Positions 1-13,929 are shown, numbered from the stretch's first letter. The stretch: DNA of 64,000 nucleotides from Eledone cirrhosa (GCA_964016885.1 OZ024745.1:41478001-41542000); one strand, 5' to 3'. Numbers and translations are program-made. Notes: a model not told the origin generated them from the letters alone.

Positions 1-2509
1 TGTAAATAAATTACATGTATGTATATATATTTATATATACATATATGTAAATATATGAAATTATAAAATATTGAATACGCATGAAATTGCATAAGTAGAC
101 AGCTGAATGGAATTCTAATTGACTAGTGCTATTTTCAGGGTATTTTGTGGTGTAATGAAACTTTGAATACATTTCTGTCATTTAATTCATATTTGTAAGA
201 TAATCAATCATTCTTATACTAATAGCAGACACAACATGGCTGAATAAGAATTTATTTTCATAATCATTATATCCCAACATCGAACACAGTATCTGTCATC
301 TTGGTTAAGTCTCATTTACCCTAGCCTAAGGTCAACCCAGGCTTTACGCGTGGAATTGGGTAAATGGAAACTGTTTGGAATCCCGTCGGATGGACTGTAT
401 CTCCAATTCAAAGGCCTGTGGGTTACATATATACAGGATGACAGCAAAGCGATTTCGAGTAATGCCATCATTTGATACTTAAGCACGAGCATCGCAAAAA
501 AATGTCACATATCAAGCGATGCCTGAGCTTGAAGCTTTTTTTTTAAGTAAGGAAAGTCTTCGCATTGGGCCTGTCCCACTCTCTGAACATCGAATGCATT
601 TACCAAAAAATTAGAGTTGGTCTACATCATGGATGCAAACGAAATCGTAGGTTTTATATCACAGTGACTTTCTCTGAAACAGATGTCTTAATAAAGGCTA
701 GGCCTCTCTGGCTCCGATAAACAAATACATACATACATTTGCATATGGAGACGTGACATGGTTGATAACTATAAACATGGAAGAGAAACGTTGAGTAACT
801 GATGCATACTAGAAATCACTAGAAAATACAGTAACATTTGTCAATAGATAAGAGCACAAACGAAACTGCAAAACATCATAAAACATAAAGAGAAGCTAAT
901 AGAAGTGGACAATGTATATGGCAGAAACAAAGCAGTGTACAAAGCGGGGAATGGACAGGGTAGGAGCATGTATTGAGGAAGACAGGTGGCACAATGCGAA
1001 TAATAATTTTATGGTGAGACGAAGAATCACTGTCATTTACATACAGGCCCTCCACACTCAGATTCACACTTATACATACACACATAGAGATATGTAGAAA
1101 AACGGACGGACAGAGAACGAGAGAAAGTAGGAGAACGAGGGTCAGCATGTGGAAAAGTTCAGGTGAAGTTTTTCGAAAAAACATATTTTTAATTGGTTCA
1201 ATGATGATTGTTTTCTAATTCACCTCCACTGTACAGTACATAAAATATGTATGTTTCATCACCTTATTTCATTGAACAAAGCCTTGTGAATGAAATTTTG
1301 CGGATGCCTGTTGGAAGGACTATTTCTTTTAATGAATAGTAGATTGAATCCCACACCAAGTCGAACACCCCCACCTCATAATTAGGGGGCCTTTGACAGA
1401 ATCCACTATGTTGCAAGTATTTACGTTAGATCTCAGATTTGTGTATAATTTCATCCTTTAATTCCACCAGAACCTTGAAAGGGGGTTATGGGTTTTGCCC
1501 TTTCTTTTCTGAAAGGAAGGTAATTAAAGATTTGATCCTAATTCACAGATTTTACATTCTATCCTTAGTGTATTTGAAAGCGAAATGATGATCACGAATT
1601 AATTTCCTTTCTTGTACTTTATGAAGCATTTCAGTTAATCACCCATTTATGGATACCAAAACTTCAAAGTAGTCAAACAAAATTCCAATTTTTACATATA
1701 AATGAAGGAGAACGAGGCTAGCCCAAGATATATAGAAACTCACTCATATTAGTAGCTATAATAACCTTTCATATTTCTTCCCTTTTACGATCCATTCACT
1801 CACCCAGGATTCATGAATTACTTTAACAAGTATGCCGATCCGTTGACCGTAAGATTTAAATACTCTTCTCGAACCCGGCAGAAGCTTATTTATTTGTATT
1901 ATTTCAAATGTTTTTTCAGCTTTGAACATAATCGTGTAGTGATGTTGGAGATGTTCAGAGTTTTTTTTGTTGATTTTGTTTGTTTTTTTTTTTTTGTTTT
2001 GTTTTTTTTACTGCCAAAGTTTTTTTTATGCTAGAAATTGGATTTTGATAAAGGATTGGAAAGGATACTTTATAAAATATTTTTTGAAATCATTTGAATT
2101 AATTACACCCACCGCCGACACACTTAGAATATATACATAAATACACAGGCTTACACACACAGACAAACACACACACATACACTCACACATACTCATACGC
2201 GTATGTGCATGCGTATGTGCACATATGCGAAATTAGTGTTATGTTGTTTGAAAAAGAGCTGATTATTCAGATTTATTACAGACTCATTAGATTCGATTAT
2301 ATAAAATGTGTTTAATGAATCCTTAGAGCTTTAAGACATTCTCACGAACATATTTCGTCACTATAACATTGAGTTTCATGGCGATAGCTTAAAATCGCAT
2401 GAACGCATAAATGTACAAACATCGCGTGGAAACCTACTGAAAACCTACATCATCCTTTGAGTTAAACTCAATGATGATTGAATTTGTAGAATTTTTTATA
2501 ATTATTTGC

Positions 2510-2746
2510 TTATTTTTTTATCATTACATTAGTGTGGGTGGGAAAATTATGATCCACTAATGATGTCTAATGATGTATATATATGTGTATATATATGTGT
2601 ATGTGTATATATATATATACACATACACACCAATGTTGCATATTTCGGCAAGTACGGGAGACAACACACGTCATGTTTCGGCCTCATTAGACATATTAGT
2701 GGATCATAATTTTCCCACACACACTAATGTAATGATAAAAAAATAA
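2510..2746. repeat. Inverted-repeat (fold-back) element with a degenerate hammerhead-like motif
   Basis: ~65-bp arms (ttatttttttatcattacattagtgtgggtgggaaaattatgatccactaatgatgtctaatga / tcattagacatattagtggatcataattttcccacacacactaatgtaatgataaaaaaataa). Minus strand 2668-2694 reads atgt-CTAATGA-ggcc-GAAA-catg-acgt, a decayed HHR-like motif. Confidence 0.5.
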
Positions 2747-2756
2747 CCAATATATG

Positions 2757-2798
<42 letters not shown>

Positions 2799-3189
2799 TG
2801 TTTGTATATATATATGTGTGTGTGTGTATGTACAGTGTTTCGCTTTTGTTTTCACAATTGAAACTTCTCTAAACACCATATATACACCACCAAATAGTGC
2901 TATTTTCCGTTTGGTGAGTAGAGTAACTGTGTAACACTTCCTTTTTGATTATATATTTGTCTACAACTTTTTTGTGATTATTCCCTCAAACAAATCCCTA
3001 TTATTATAGCAATTGTTTCGGTGTTCAATCCCCACATTCTGATTATCTCTATTTTCAGATCTTATATATTTACATATGTTTTCTGGGATGCACAATGACG
3101 GAAGCCTTTGAATCTTCAGAAGGAAATGTTAAAGTCGGATATAAAGAAGTTAGTAATCTTCTTTTTTTTCAATATTATTGATTTAGTAA

Positions 3190-3960
3190 AACTGAATGAA
3201 GAATAGCCTAGAGATCTAACAACACACCATCATACAATTGCAAGAAGATATGGAATACAAGTAAGGGCTGAAGAAAACAGGAATAATGATAACTTGTAAA
3301 GTTATAAAGAAAATAGTAAATCCTATTGAAGTAGGAGTAAAGACGTTCGTTCATGCAAGTTGATGGATTTCAATATTTGAGAAGGAGAATAACGGAAGAT
3401 GTAACTTCAAAGAAAGAAGTAAAATACCGGATTGTAGAAACGGTTTTAGCGAAACAAGATACTGATTGCAATAAAAACAATTACAATAACCACAAAGGCT
3501 TTTTAGTTGGGTTTTTTTTTTGTAAATTTTTTCTTTTGTCAAAAGCAGCAGTAATTTCCACAGCACTCTATAGGTGCGAATCATGGGTGTTAGATGCTGA
3601 AAGGGAGAATCAGATCATCGCCTTTGAAATGAAATGTTATAGAATGATTCTTCATATTCTATGTACATATTATTGAAGAAAGGAAAGCGTTATGGAATAA
3701 ATTGTTGGGAAATCTACAAACCATGAAACACTTTTGTCAATTAATAGAAGCCCCAAAATGACATTAGTTTGGTCATATTACATAAGATGATCATATTCTA
3801 CTACTAGGTATATATTCAGTCTTGTAAAAGAAAACCAAAGAGGTATAGGGAGATCACAAAAGATGATGGGTGTGCAATATCAGGGAATAAAAATAGAGGA
3901 AGATAGTAAAAATATGGGTTATCTGGTGACAGGCAAAGCTGGAAACAAAGATTGTTTCTA
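3190..3960 (+). pseudogene. Decayed RTE-clade LINE, RT C-terminal fragment
   Basis: ORF 3353-3676 contains ALYRCESWVLDAERENQIIAFEMKCYRMILHI, matching the RTE post-RT motif LYGxESW...AFEMxCYRRIL. Flanks carry stops and frameshifts. Confidence 0.8.
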
Positions 3961-4063
3961 TTGTTGTGTAACTATAGCCTCTTTAAGCTAGAAATTTTGA
4001 GTAAAGATGATATTAAGATATTCCTCTCTTTCTTTTTTACACACACACACAAATATATATATA

Positions 4064-4100
<37 letters not shown>

Positions 4101-4176
4101 CAGAATAATACTGAGAGCAACTGGGCATACATACCCATTAAATACATGTTTCCTACTGGTTGATTGGATAATACAC

Positions 4177-4225
4177 ACGCCCTCTGATGAGGGTTAAATA
4201 AAAGCTGAAAATCAATTGAAGGTGT
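4177..4225 (+). ncRNA. Degenerate type I hammerhead ribozyme motif
   Basis: acgccct-CTGATGA-gggttaaataaaagct-GAAA-atcaat-TG-aaggtgt. Stem I pairs 6/7, but stem II is weak and the cleavage dinucleotide is TG rather than TH. Confidence 0.45.
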
Positions 4226-4980
4226 TTATCATTTTTTGAATTTACTGGGAAATTCGTATGGTATCGAGGAGGGGGGTTTTGGATACTGTGTGGGATAAAA
4301 ACCAAAACCCGTCTAAGGTCATGAGGAACTCAGGAAAGTCAATGGCCATCCAATAAAGTAGTTTTTCGTGGATTGAGAAAAGACATCTCTCTAGGAGGTC
4401 CCTCTAATATAAAACCTACAACTTCGTTTGCATCCAATGATGTCTACCAGTTCTACTTTTTGGGTAAATAGATTCGATGTTCAGAGAGTGGGGTTGTCTC
4501 CGTGCGAGCAATTGAAACCCTGCATTTTTTCTGATTACTGTACCCAATAATATCTGGTCAGTTTTCCTAAATCTACCTCTAAGTATGAAGTCATAATTTC
4601 ACTGTGTTTATGAATGCCTTAACATAGTCTCTTTTGAAAATCTCAAATAAATAATTCAATAACGAACGCATAGCCACACCTATCCAAGGCATGAAAACAT
4701 GTGAAAAACACTTGAAAAATGTACATATGTTAGACGCTGAACAAAATCCTGCAGGTTTGTATATTATATAAAATCAAAATCAATCGAAAATAAACAGCAT
4801 GTTAAACACATTTAGATTATGTAATAAAGTTTTGAATAGCATTTATCATACCCTTTTTAACATTTCACACACCTGTTAGGTTTTGCTTCACGCACTCAGT
4901 ACTATTATTTTTTTTTCAGTAGTTAAATATTTTGTGCGTAACTGCTTACTCGATCTTACTCTGTGCTTCCTGTACGAGAA

Positions 4981-5012
<32 letters not shown>

Positions 5013-5049
5013 GGTTATATATATATATATATATTTGTATATATACAGA

Positions 5050-5330
5050 TTTCTCGTACACATTTCTCCCAAAAGTCAGCTCAAAAGTAACATAGAGGAG
5101 ACTGAGGTTAGCTGGACATGCTCACCGACATCCAGAGTTGATATTGCACTCAGTGCTCCTGTGGGAGCCCCTACATGTACACACTGGAAGAGGAAGACCA
5201 AGGTTAACGTATGCTGATGCCCTAAGGACAGATACTGGTCTGTTGGAGACGCAGGACATGGCACCGATAATGAGGGACAGAGACCGCTGGAGAGAACTCG
5301 TCCAGGGATCTCGGGAATTTTACCCGCCCT
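5050..5330 (+). pseudogene. RTE-like LINE 3' end fragment
   Basis: Translates to [49 protein letters not shown]...[11 protein letters not shown], a typical RTE/RTE-X C-terminus. Flanked by (TA)n. Confidence 0.8.
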
Positions 5331-5332
5331 AG

Positions 5333-5376
<44 letters not shown>

Positions 5377-5404
5377 GTGTATATATATAAATATATATAT
5401 ACAA

Positions 5405-5454
<50 letters not shown>

Positions 5455-5457
5455 GTG

Positions 5458-5488
<31 letters not shown>

Positions 5489-5563
5489 TTATAACACAAT
5501 AAATTGAGTTCAGATGCATCACTGATTTTTCGTTTTATATTATATATATAATATATATATAAA

Positions 5564-5641
<78 letters not shown>

Positions 5642-5658
5642 GTACATATATATATAAT

Positions 5659-5700
<42 letters not shown>

Positions 5701-5706
<6 letters not shown>

Positions 5707-5963
5707 GTGAGGTTTATTTTACAAAATGAAAAATAACCGAGGTGTCCTACACGAGTGAAAGTATAAAGAAAAAGAGATGAAATCGAAAATGCAACTGGAG
5801 TCTTATTTTTTTTTTAAATATATATATTTATTTGGTTCCACAGACCCTCCATCTCAACTCACCTTTTGAAAAGCAGAAGAACTGCGAAACCGGTAAAGGA
5901 ACCAAATAAATATATATATTTTTTAAAAAAATAAGACTCCAGTTGCATTTTCGATTTCATCTC

Positions 5964-5967
<4 letters not shown>
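5701..5967. mobile_element. Family A hammerhead-containing fold-back insertion in (TA)n (PLE pLTR-derived, non-autonomous)
   Basis: Inverted arms ~5766-5839 and 5898-5967, extra tail 5702-5765 starting tagaaagtgagg, HHR at 5862-5899. Same family at 16859 and 18508. Confidence 0.8.
5862..5899 (+). ncRNA. Minimal type I hammerhead ribozyme, U3-A8 core variant
   Basis: cctt-TTGAAAA-gcag(aagaa)ctgc-GAAA-ccgg-TA-aagg: stem I cctt/aagg, stem II gcag/ctgc, palindromic stem III ccgg, UA cleavage site. Confidence 0.8.
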
Positions 5968-6038
<71 letters not shown>

Positions 6039-6052
6039 CATATATATATATA

Positions 6053-6156
<104 letters not shown>

Positions 6157-6184
6157 CATATATATTTATATATATATATATATA

Positions 6185-6710
6185 CTAGCAGTGGTACCCG
6201 GCGTTGCACGGGATAAGGTATTCTGGAACGCGGGCCGCCAACAGACCTAATCGTGGAAAAACTACATGCCTGGACAATATGTAAAGAAAATAAACCGAAT
6301 ACTCTGATGGGTGGATAATCCAAGATTTTCCTCGATGAAGCAGGGAAAAGGCAGGTTTTCACCTAATGCGGGCAACTAGGGGATCAAGAAAAGGAATTTT
6401 ATGAGCATAATATGTCTTGAAATTTTGGGAAAATCGGCTAGACGTAACGCCTCACTAAAGCCCTAAAAAGCTAAAAAAAAAATGCAGTTTTTCACTTAAT
6501 GCGGGCCCTAGACCATAAAAAAGTTGGATTTCTTTGCTCACGGTATGAGGAAGAGACTGACTAATACATAGTTACAATTTCAAGGAAAGCTGGGGAAAAC
6601 GCAGTTTTTCACCTAATGCGGGCCCTAGGGGATCAAAAAGTTGAAACACTCCCTGAAATATAAGTAATACACATGTAAAGTTTGAAAAATATCGGTTGGG
6701 TACTTCTCGG

Positions 6711-6778
<68 letters not shown>

Positions 6779-6830
6779 CGCACACACACACACACACATA
6801 CACACATATACACATACACACATACATACA
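6185..6830 (-). mobile_element. Non-autonomous Helitron (3' end)
   Basis: Minus strand ends cccgtgcaacgccgggtaccactgCTAG (GC hairpin + CTAG). Homologous to the plus-strand copy at ~48300-48884. Confidence 0.8.
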
Positions 6831-7050
6831 TACAGGAACAGAAAGAACACAACTAGTTAGGAAATTACAAGTACAATCCATTAATTGAACAGTAAAAATA
6901 TGTAAAACATTCCAAAAACTTTGCATCTAATAACTGCATATACACATGTTCAGATGCAAAGCATATACACATGCACACATACAACTCAAAACGTCCACAT
7001 CCACACATACAATAACATCCATATCTACGCATGCATGCATACATATCTAC

Positions 7051-7251
7051 CTAGTTGATGTGTAAATTCGAATGCGAGAGTCTTGTGTCTATGTTAGAAA
7101 CCGACTCTCTCTCTATTGGTAAAACTTTGTGAAATTATAAAACCAGAAGAACATACATACATACATACATACATACATACATACATACATACATACATAC
7201 ATACATACATACATACATCCTTCCTCAGTTTTATATATATACATATATAGA
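7051..7251 (-). mobile_element. Short non-autonomous Helitron-like element
   Basis: Minus-strand 5' end TCtatatgtatatatataaaactgagg resembles that at 47905. Internal (ATGT)n, CTAG at 7051-7054. Confidence 0.45.
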
Positions 7252-7268
7252 TTAAAATAATAGATTAA

Positions 7269-7319
7269 AATTTAAGCAAAGAATCGTTGCTTTCACCCTT
7301 AATGGGATCTTCTGAAACT
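7269..7319 (-). ncRNA. Type I hammerhead ribozyme, family B (CAGAAGA core, U4A)
   Basis: agttt-CAGAAGA-tcccattaagggt-GAAA-gca(acgattctt)tgc-TT-aaatt. Same family at 50059 and 13632. Confidence 0.65.
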
Positions 7320-7439
7320 AAAAACATCAATCTGTGAACGCAGAAGTAAATATTTCGAAAAACGTTGCAACCGAAGGAAAACAGGAAGACGATACTTTGG
7401 TTCGTGAAGACGTTCCCTGGCAATGAACGGAAAATAGCG

Positions 7440-7730
7440 AACATAATACGTCATCAATGTTCGTCAGAATGCCGTAATGCAGACAGCCAGGCATACAGAC
7501 AGATATTATAAGAGCGCGACGGAGATGGATAACCTGCGCCTAACACCTCTTTAACAACAGAAAATTGAAAAATAGAAGCTGCAGTTAATATCTTTAGACC
7601 GCAAGGAATATATAAATGCAAGTTTGAAGTCAATCGGAGTAGAAATTTGGATTTGTATAGACTTTGCAAAAATGAGGACACGCACACACACACACACACA
7701 CTCAGACAACATCAGTTTTATATATATAGA
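7440..7730 (-). mobile_element. Helitron-like 5' fragment
   Basis: Minus strand starts TCtatatatataaaactgatg followed by (TG)n, like the other Helitron 5' ends in the window. Confidence 0.45.
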
Positions 7731-7791
7731 TAAAGTGAATAGGGTATAAGGAAAAGGCTAGGCAAAATCTTACATAAACGGTTATTATTTT

Positions 7792-8130
7792 GGCAGCATC
7801 GGTGGAGGGTCGGACGCCATGCTTTCCAGCATAGTTACGTCCCTTTACGATCTGAGTTCAAATCCCGCCGAGGTTGACTTTGCCTTTCATCCATACGGGG
7901 TCGATAAAATAAAGTACCAGTAATGCACTGGGTAATTGCTGGCCTTGTGCCTAACGTAGAAACAATTATTAGATTGCCAGAATCTTAGAGTATCGGAGAA
8001 AATGCTTTGCTGCATTTATTCCGGCTCTTTACAACCTGAGTTGAAATCTCGCCAAGGTCTACTTCATCTTTTATCACTTCGGGGTCGATTTAATTGACTT
8101 TGTCCTCCCGTCAAATTGTTGGCCTTGTGT
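7792..8130 (+). mobile_element. Tandem pair of tRNA-derived SINEs (Nin/Deu-like core)
   Basis: B-box gagttcaaatccc followed by conserved core gactttgcctttcatcc...ggggtcgataaaataaagtaccag. A second diverged copy starts ~7971. Confidence 0.8.
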
Positions 8131-9153
8131 TGAATGTATTCTACGTAATATGTGTACAGCCTCTAGTATATTTATTTTCTCTATGCAGTGTTTAGGGTAA
8201 GAGCTTGGGTTTTTGGTTATGTATGAGTTTATTGATTATATATGAGTTTTAATCGTTCCGAAAATGGTGGTGGTGGAGGCGGTGTTATTCCTTCGTTTGC
8301 GGCTTTTATTCACTCTCTTGCCACCTTATTACCTACCATTCAGGACATAAGATAAGTGAGTGAGCAGTTTCTTTCGTCCTCATGCATCGGCAGTGCCACG
8401 GAAGTACCTCTCTCGCAGAAAGAGATACTTACATTGTAACTTTGGAGAACTACTAGTGGAATGACTAACAAAAAGACATCCACAAAATCTACAGTCAATT
8501 TTTGGAATCTAATTCAGCATAGGGGTGTGCCAGTGTCTGGAGGGAAAACTTTGGTTATTGCACCTAGATTAAAACCTCTTGTGTGGTTTGGATCCTGCAA
8601 TGCTAATGTTGGGGATATCTGCATATATACTTCTGCCCCAGTTTGATCCGATATTGACCATTAGAGGAGATTTTTTTTTTTTTATGCGGATATTTTGCAA
8701 TGCAATTCTCTGTTTATTTATATTTGTTTTTGTTTTAATATAATTTCTGCTGCTGGTGCTTCATCCTCAGCCTTTATTTTACGTTTATTTTATCCCATTT
8801 ATTTATTATTTCTTGATTGTTGTAACTATTATTATTTTGTTGTTGTCGGTATAGTTTTATCGATGTTATTGTTGTTTCTTTGGCTGTTGTTGTTATTGGT
8901 GTTGTTATTGGTGTTGTTGTTATTGGTGTTGTTGTTATTGGTGTTGTTGTTATTGGTGTTGCTTTGGTGTTCATTGAGAGAATCCCGAGATAAAATCATG
9001 TTGCTCACTCGGCAGACACACTGTCCAGTAATATATGACGTTATTTCTGACTCAATAATAAAAAAACATTAGACACAGAGGTGTCAAACAAAGACAGAAA
9101 TGTCAGTGTATGAATAATGTATAAAAAGAAATATAGTATAGAAAGATCAAATA

Positions 9154-9290
<137 letters not shown>

Positions 9291-10609
9291 TAGACTGTTG
9301 GACAACGGGAGGCAGAGAGAGAGGGGAAGTGAGTGACAGAGACAGAGTGTTCAAGGAAATATAATGTTCTATTTAAAACAAAACAGCAGATATATCAATC
9401 GACGTAGAAAAATTAATAAAATAGAGTGAGCATGGAGATGTTGTAGTGAATAGAAAATGCATGAAATTGTTTATAGAGTAAGTTTGGGGGAATCTAGGAA
9501 TCTATAAAAGAACTCGTGAAGGATCAAAGCTTAAGTAGCATAAATATATGACTCTACAGATTGAAGTATTTTACGACTTTAATAAAAATGCCGTGGTTGG
9601 TTAAGCCTTGATCAATATTCCAGGAAATCACGTATTCCATAAATAACATGTAGCTGACAACTGGAGAATGAAAACAGCCCTTGGGCAGCCAATATCTGTC
9701 AAGGCTCTGTGCAGTGCAAGTGGATGTGCAAAAAAAGTCAGCAACTTTCTAACGTCTTATGAATTTCCTATAATTCTTGGATATTCTAGTTAATGATGCA
9801 TACTTTGTATCGAATGATCGAGACAGCTCACGAGTTGATAGCTGGGATATTTCAACTGTTTGAGTGGCATTTATTCGTCCTTCTTATATATTCATTTTCC
9901 AGTATATTAGTCACATTGTTTCTTTGTTTCTATTTTTCTTTGTTTTTTTTGTTGCTGTTGTTTTTCGTTTTGTTTTTGTGGGATAGTTTCTTTGTTGTTT
10001 TTGTTTCTTTGTTTTTTTGTGGAGGGGGGTACAATTTTATGCAGCTGCCTTTGAAAACTCATATATACTTCTACTCAATTACATAAAAATACTATACAAT
10101 AAAGCAGACTATATACTCAAAACTATAAAAAATATTACATAAAAATACCATGCAATAAAGCAGGTACCAGGGAGCGGGCTGAGGAACGGTTATAAGATGT
10201 TGGGTTTAGTGCCAAATCAAAAATAATTAATTCCTGAACTATATAGCCTTGGATTACAGTTGAACCCAGAAGAAAGGTGGTAATTATGCAATCTCGACAA
10301 AATAGTAATCTGTGACCGACAATGACAGTCTTGTGATGCTGGGCAGAAGAGAATCTCTGAGTTCAATGGTCAGATTCACAAAGTTCCTCAAGCGTATTCA
10401 TGTGTCAACTATAGGCCTGGCCACCATATGTGTCAATACAAATCCGAGCAAGGGTAACAGATAAGATAATGATATTACAAAACCCTGATTGTGACATCAG
10501 ACGTTGTCAAATTGTGTAAGGACTTCAAGAAAGATTCCTCAAATACTTGTTCAGAAATACCACATGCTCTAAGTACAGCACTGTTCCACCACCCTAGATT
10601 TGTACTTTG

Positions 10610-10873
10610 TTTATCGACCATGTGTGGATAAAAGGTGAAGTTGACTTTGACACCATTTGAACTCAGAACGCAAAGAAATTGGAATAAATAATTGTTTCTA
10701 CTTTAGGCACAAGACCAGCAATTACCCAGTGCATTACTGGTACTTTATTTTATCGACCCCGTAAGGATGAAAGGCAAAGTCAACCTCGGCGGGATTTGAA
10801 CTCAGATCGTAAAGGGACGTAACTATGCTGGAAAGCATGGCGTCCGACCCTCTACCGATACTGCCAATCCACC
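10610..10873 (-). mobile_element. tRNA-derived SINE (full copy 10688-10873 plus an older partial copy)
   Basis: Reverse complement of the 7792 SINE, near identical. Confidence 0.85.
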
Positions 10874-12249
10874 GAGTTGGAATAAATAATGTAATGCAAT
10901 ACGTTCGGCACTTTAATCCTTTTATGTGAGTGTACACGTTAGCTTCTACGTGTATATATGTGTATTAACTGTGAATGTGTATATTTATATATACATACAT
11001 GCACTTGTGTTTATGAGTATGTATATATATATATATATATACTTGAATACGTTTATGTTTGTGCAAATGCATATGCACACATGTGCACATAAATATATAT
11101 GAATGTGTGTGTGTGTGTGTTACTTGCATATATGCATATGAATATCAGCATGTGTATGTATAGTTTGACATACAAGAGAGGGGAACCATGTGTACATTCA
11201 TGCTTTTATGTCTCCATATTTTTATTATGTTTTCCACGTTCCCATGTTCACATACTCTCATAATTCCAGATCCTTTAATCGTTATTTGTCGTATCACAAT
11301 CATTACAGCTATTACACAACAATAATTATATAAAACATATACTTTTAATATTTATATATTTACACATTTTTAGATCTATTCTAATTTTTATATAATCTTT
11401 AATCAAATTTTAACCACTTTTTTTTTATATTTCTTTATATTTTAAAGATGTTTTATATTTTCTCATATGTTTACATATTTATATTGTAATTAAACATTCG
11501 GTTCGGTTTATATTCATAGATTTATGTGTTCAGTCTATTCATGCATTTACCTCTTCACAATTTATTCCTTCATAGTGTATGTGCATCAACTATAAAATAA
11601 TATAGTTATGAATGTATAAATTGCAAATGTAAATGCATATATACACTGAACATAAGAACTATATATGTATATGTTTGGGTATGTACATCAAAGCTTGTAT
11701 ACACATCGATACATGTTTGTATGTATGTGTGCACGTATTTGTAAATAAGGGTATATGTGTGAATACAATAAGGACATATGTGTATATACAATAAGGGTAT
11801 GTGTGTATATACAATAACGGTATATGTGTAAATACAAGTATATAGAAGTATATACAAGTATATGTATATATGTTTAAAGTTTATGTGTATATATATATAT
11901 ATATGCCTAGAGCCATGTTTTTATATATGTTTATACGTGTATGCATACATTCATGTGTACATCTGAAGATTTCGAAGATTTCTAAAATGTATTCATACAT
12001 TGATATATGTCCATATCTCGATCCCATACTTACAGGATTCTTGCAGTATCCGTGTAAACTGACCCAATGCGTATATAAAGAAATATTACGTATGGAATCA
12101 TCAATTGCCTGCGAATCGGGAACGAGAAACTCCAACATATTACTCCCACGGATATACCTTTGAATAAATAATATTCAACTTTTTTAACATTATTGAGTAT
12201 TTTTCCCCTTTGCTTTCCCCACCTTTGCTTTCCCCCCCTCTTCTATTAC

Positions 12250-12313
<64 letters not shown>

Positions 12314-12317
<4 letters not shown>

Positions 12318-12850
12318 CACATGAATCAAAGTTCTGTTCAAACCATTTATTAGCTTACAATTGTTTCGTCCAAACCGAGGGTTGGGGCCTTCGGAGCAAT
12401 TTTTCAATGATTGTTTACATACATGACCTCCTTTCCAACACAAGAGACATACAGAAACATATGTATATATCGATGCACAGTGGGGTGACATCCATTATAA
12501 TATTTTAGCATGGCAATTTACATTCAAAAATTAAAATCATATTAAAAGAAAATTAAAACAAAATTAAAGTTAAAGTACATCTGCAGTTTACGAAGATAAT
12601 GCAAGAGGATAGTTTGAAGTAGTTAGTGTATGCAATAGTTACACGTGGGGCATGCACGTGTGTCTTATTTATATAAGATTATTGTGCGGCAAGGTGTTAT
12701 ATGCAATACAAGCACTTTAAGCAGAACTTTGATTTATGTGATTTCTATATAACTGCTTTGTAGAACAACTGATGTTATTACATTGAGCTATTTATCTTAC
12801 TGGTAATAAGGTAGTAATAAATTACTGTCTTTCACTGTTTAGGGTTTAAA
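12314..12850 (-). mobile_element. PLE-derived remnant with terminal inverted segment and hammerhead
   Basis: 12314-12340 is inverted at ~12716-12745, followed by a tail. (TA)n flanks, HHR at 12349-12400. Confidence 0.55.
12349..12400 (-). ncRNA. Minimal hammerhead ribozyme, CCGAAG core (degenerate)
   Basis: attgct-CCGAAG-gccccaacc(ctc)ggtttggac-GAAA-caattg-TA-agctaat, with palindromic stem III caattg. Confidence 0.6.
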
Positions 12851-12909
12851 ATATATATAACTATAAAAAGTTTTAGTATATACATAACCATAAATAGTAT
12901 CCTTAATAC

Positions 12910-12941
<32 letters not shown>

Positions 12942-13521
12942 TTTAAATTCTATTGACTGATGAATAGCTTTTGTTAACTTTAAAACCATTCTGTTGAGAA
13001 CTTAATTCGTTTTGTTATATTTTGCAATTTTGCAATAATATACACATACTGAATTCATCCGCCAAAAATAAGGGTTGCCTCCCTTGTCGAGTCCCACGTG
13101 GGTATTGGTAACGGTCAATCCTTGGCCTGGCACTTGAACTAAAAGCTTGTGAGAAAGTGACTTCCTTGTTCAATCATCTTACCAGAAGCCTAACATTATT
13201 TGTCTAAGCGGACAGTACTTGATTTAGGAGTCGCAGAAACCCAAATGCTGGATTTCTACCAACCATCCAGGGGTCCGGGTAAATTTTTCAATCATTTTTT
13301 TATTTGTTTGACCCGAATTTCTTGGTCGTTTCTATGGCTGTGCGGATAATGGTTGAACCATCGTCTTGGTGTGTTTGGCCTTTTAACGTATGTTGTAGCT
13401 CTGGTTCGTTAGAATCTATTGAGCGCTTGCCACACATCTCGGAAGTTATTTTTCGCTAATTTCCAAAGCGGAAATACGATTCTCGGTTATTTATATTTAT
13501 ATATATATATATATATATATA

Positions 13522-13720
13522 GTAATAATAATAAATTTGAAGACTAAAATCCAAAGACGGCTCGATAAGGATAAATATATATTAGATATATAAGAACCGT
13601 AGAGCAAATATTTATTAAAATAACAGATTAAAGTTTAAGCAAAGAATCGCTGCTTTCACCCGTTAAGGGTGAAAGCAGCGATTCTTTGCTTAAACTTTAA
13701 TCTGTTATTTTAATAAATAT
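13522..13720. mobile_element. Family B fold-back insertion in (TA)n, apex at hammerhead stem II
   Basis: Perfect palindrome ~13607-13719 centred on ttcacccgttaagggtgaa. Tail 13522-13606 is also seen at 50237-50286. Confidence 0.8.
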
Positions 13721-13735
13721 ATATATATATATATA

Positions 13736-13929
13736 TAGGAAAATGTAAGACCCCAACGGCAGAGCTCAAGCCCTTTCGACGGCTATCTCTGAGTCCAGAA
13801 ATAGCCGTCGAAACGGCTTGAGCTCTGCCGTCGGGGTCTTACATTTTCCTATTACCCACTCTACTACCATAAGTATTGAGTACTCTGGTACGTTATGGTC
13901 CATCTGGTTCCTTACCACAACTCCTTCGT
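13736..13929. mobile_element. Family C fold-back insertion in (TA)n with half hammerhead
   Basis: Palindrome 13736-13851. Right arm reads stem II gacggctat...atagccgtc, then GAAA-cggc(ttgagctct)gccg-TC-gggg. Tail 13852-13929. Related sequence at ~15430-15460. Confidence 0.7.

Noticed and set aside
575-660. Segment similar to the reverse complement of ~4405-4495
   Set aside because: Short diverged dispersed repeat. No family or function could be assigned.
7792-7880. tRNA gene
   Set aside because: B-box belongs to a SINE head. No cloverleaf.
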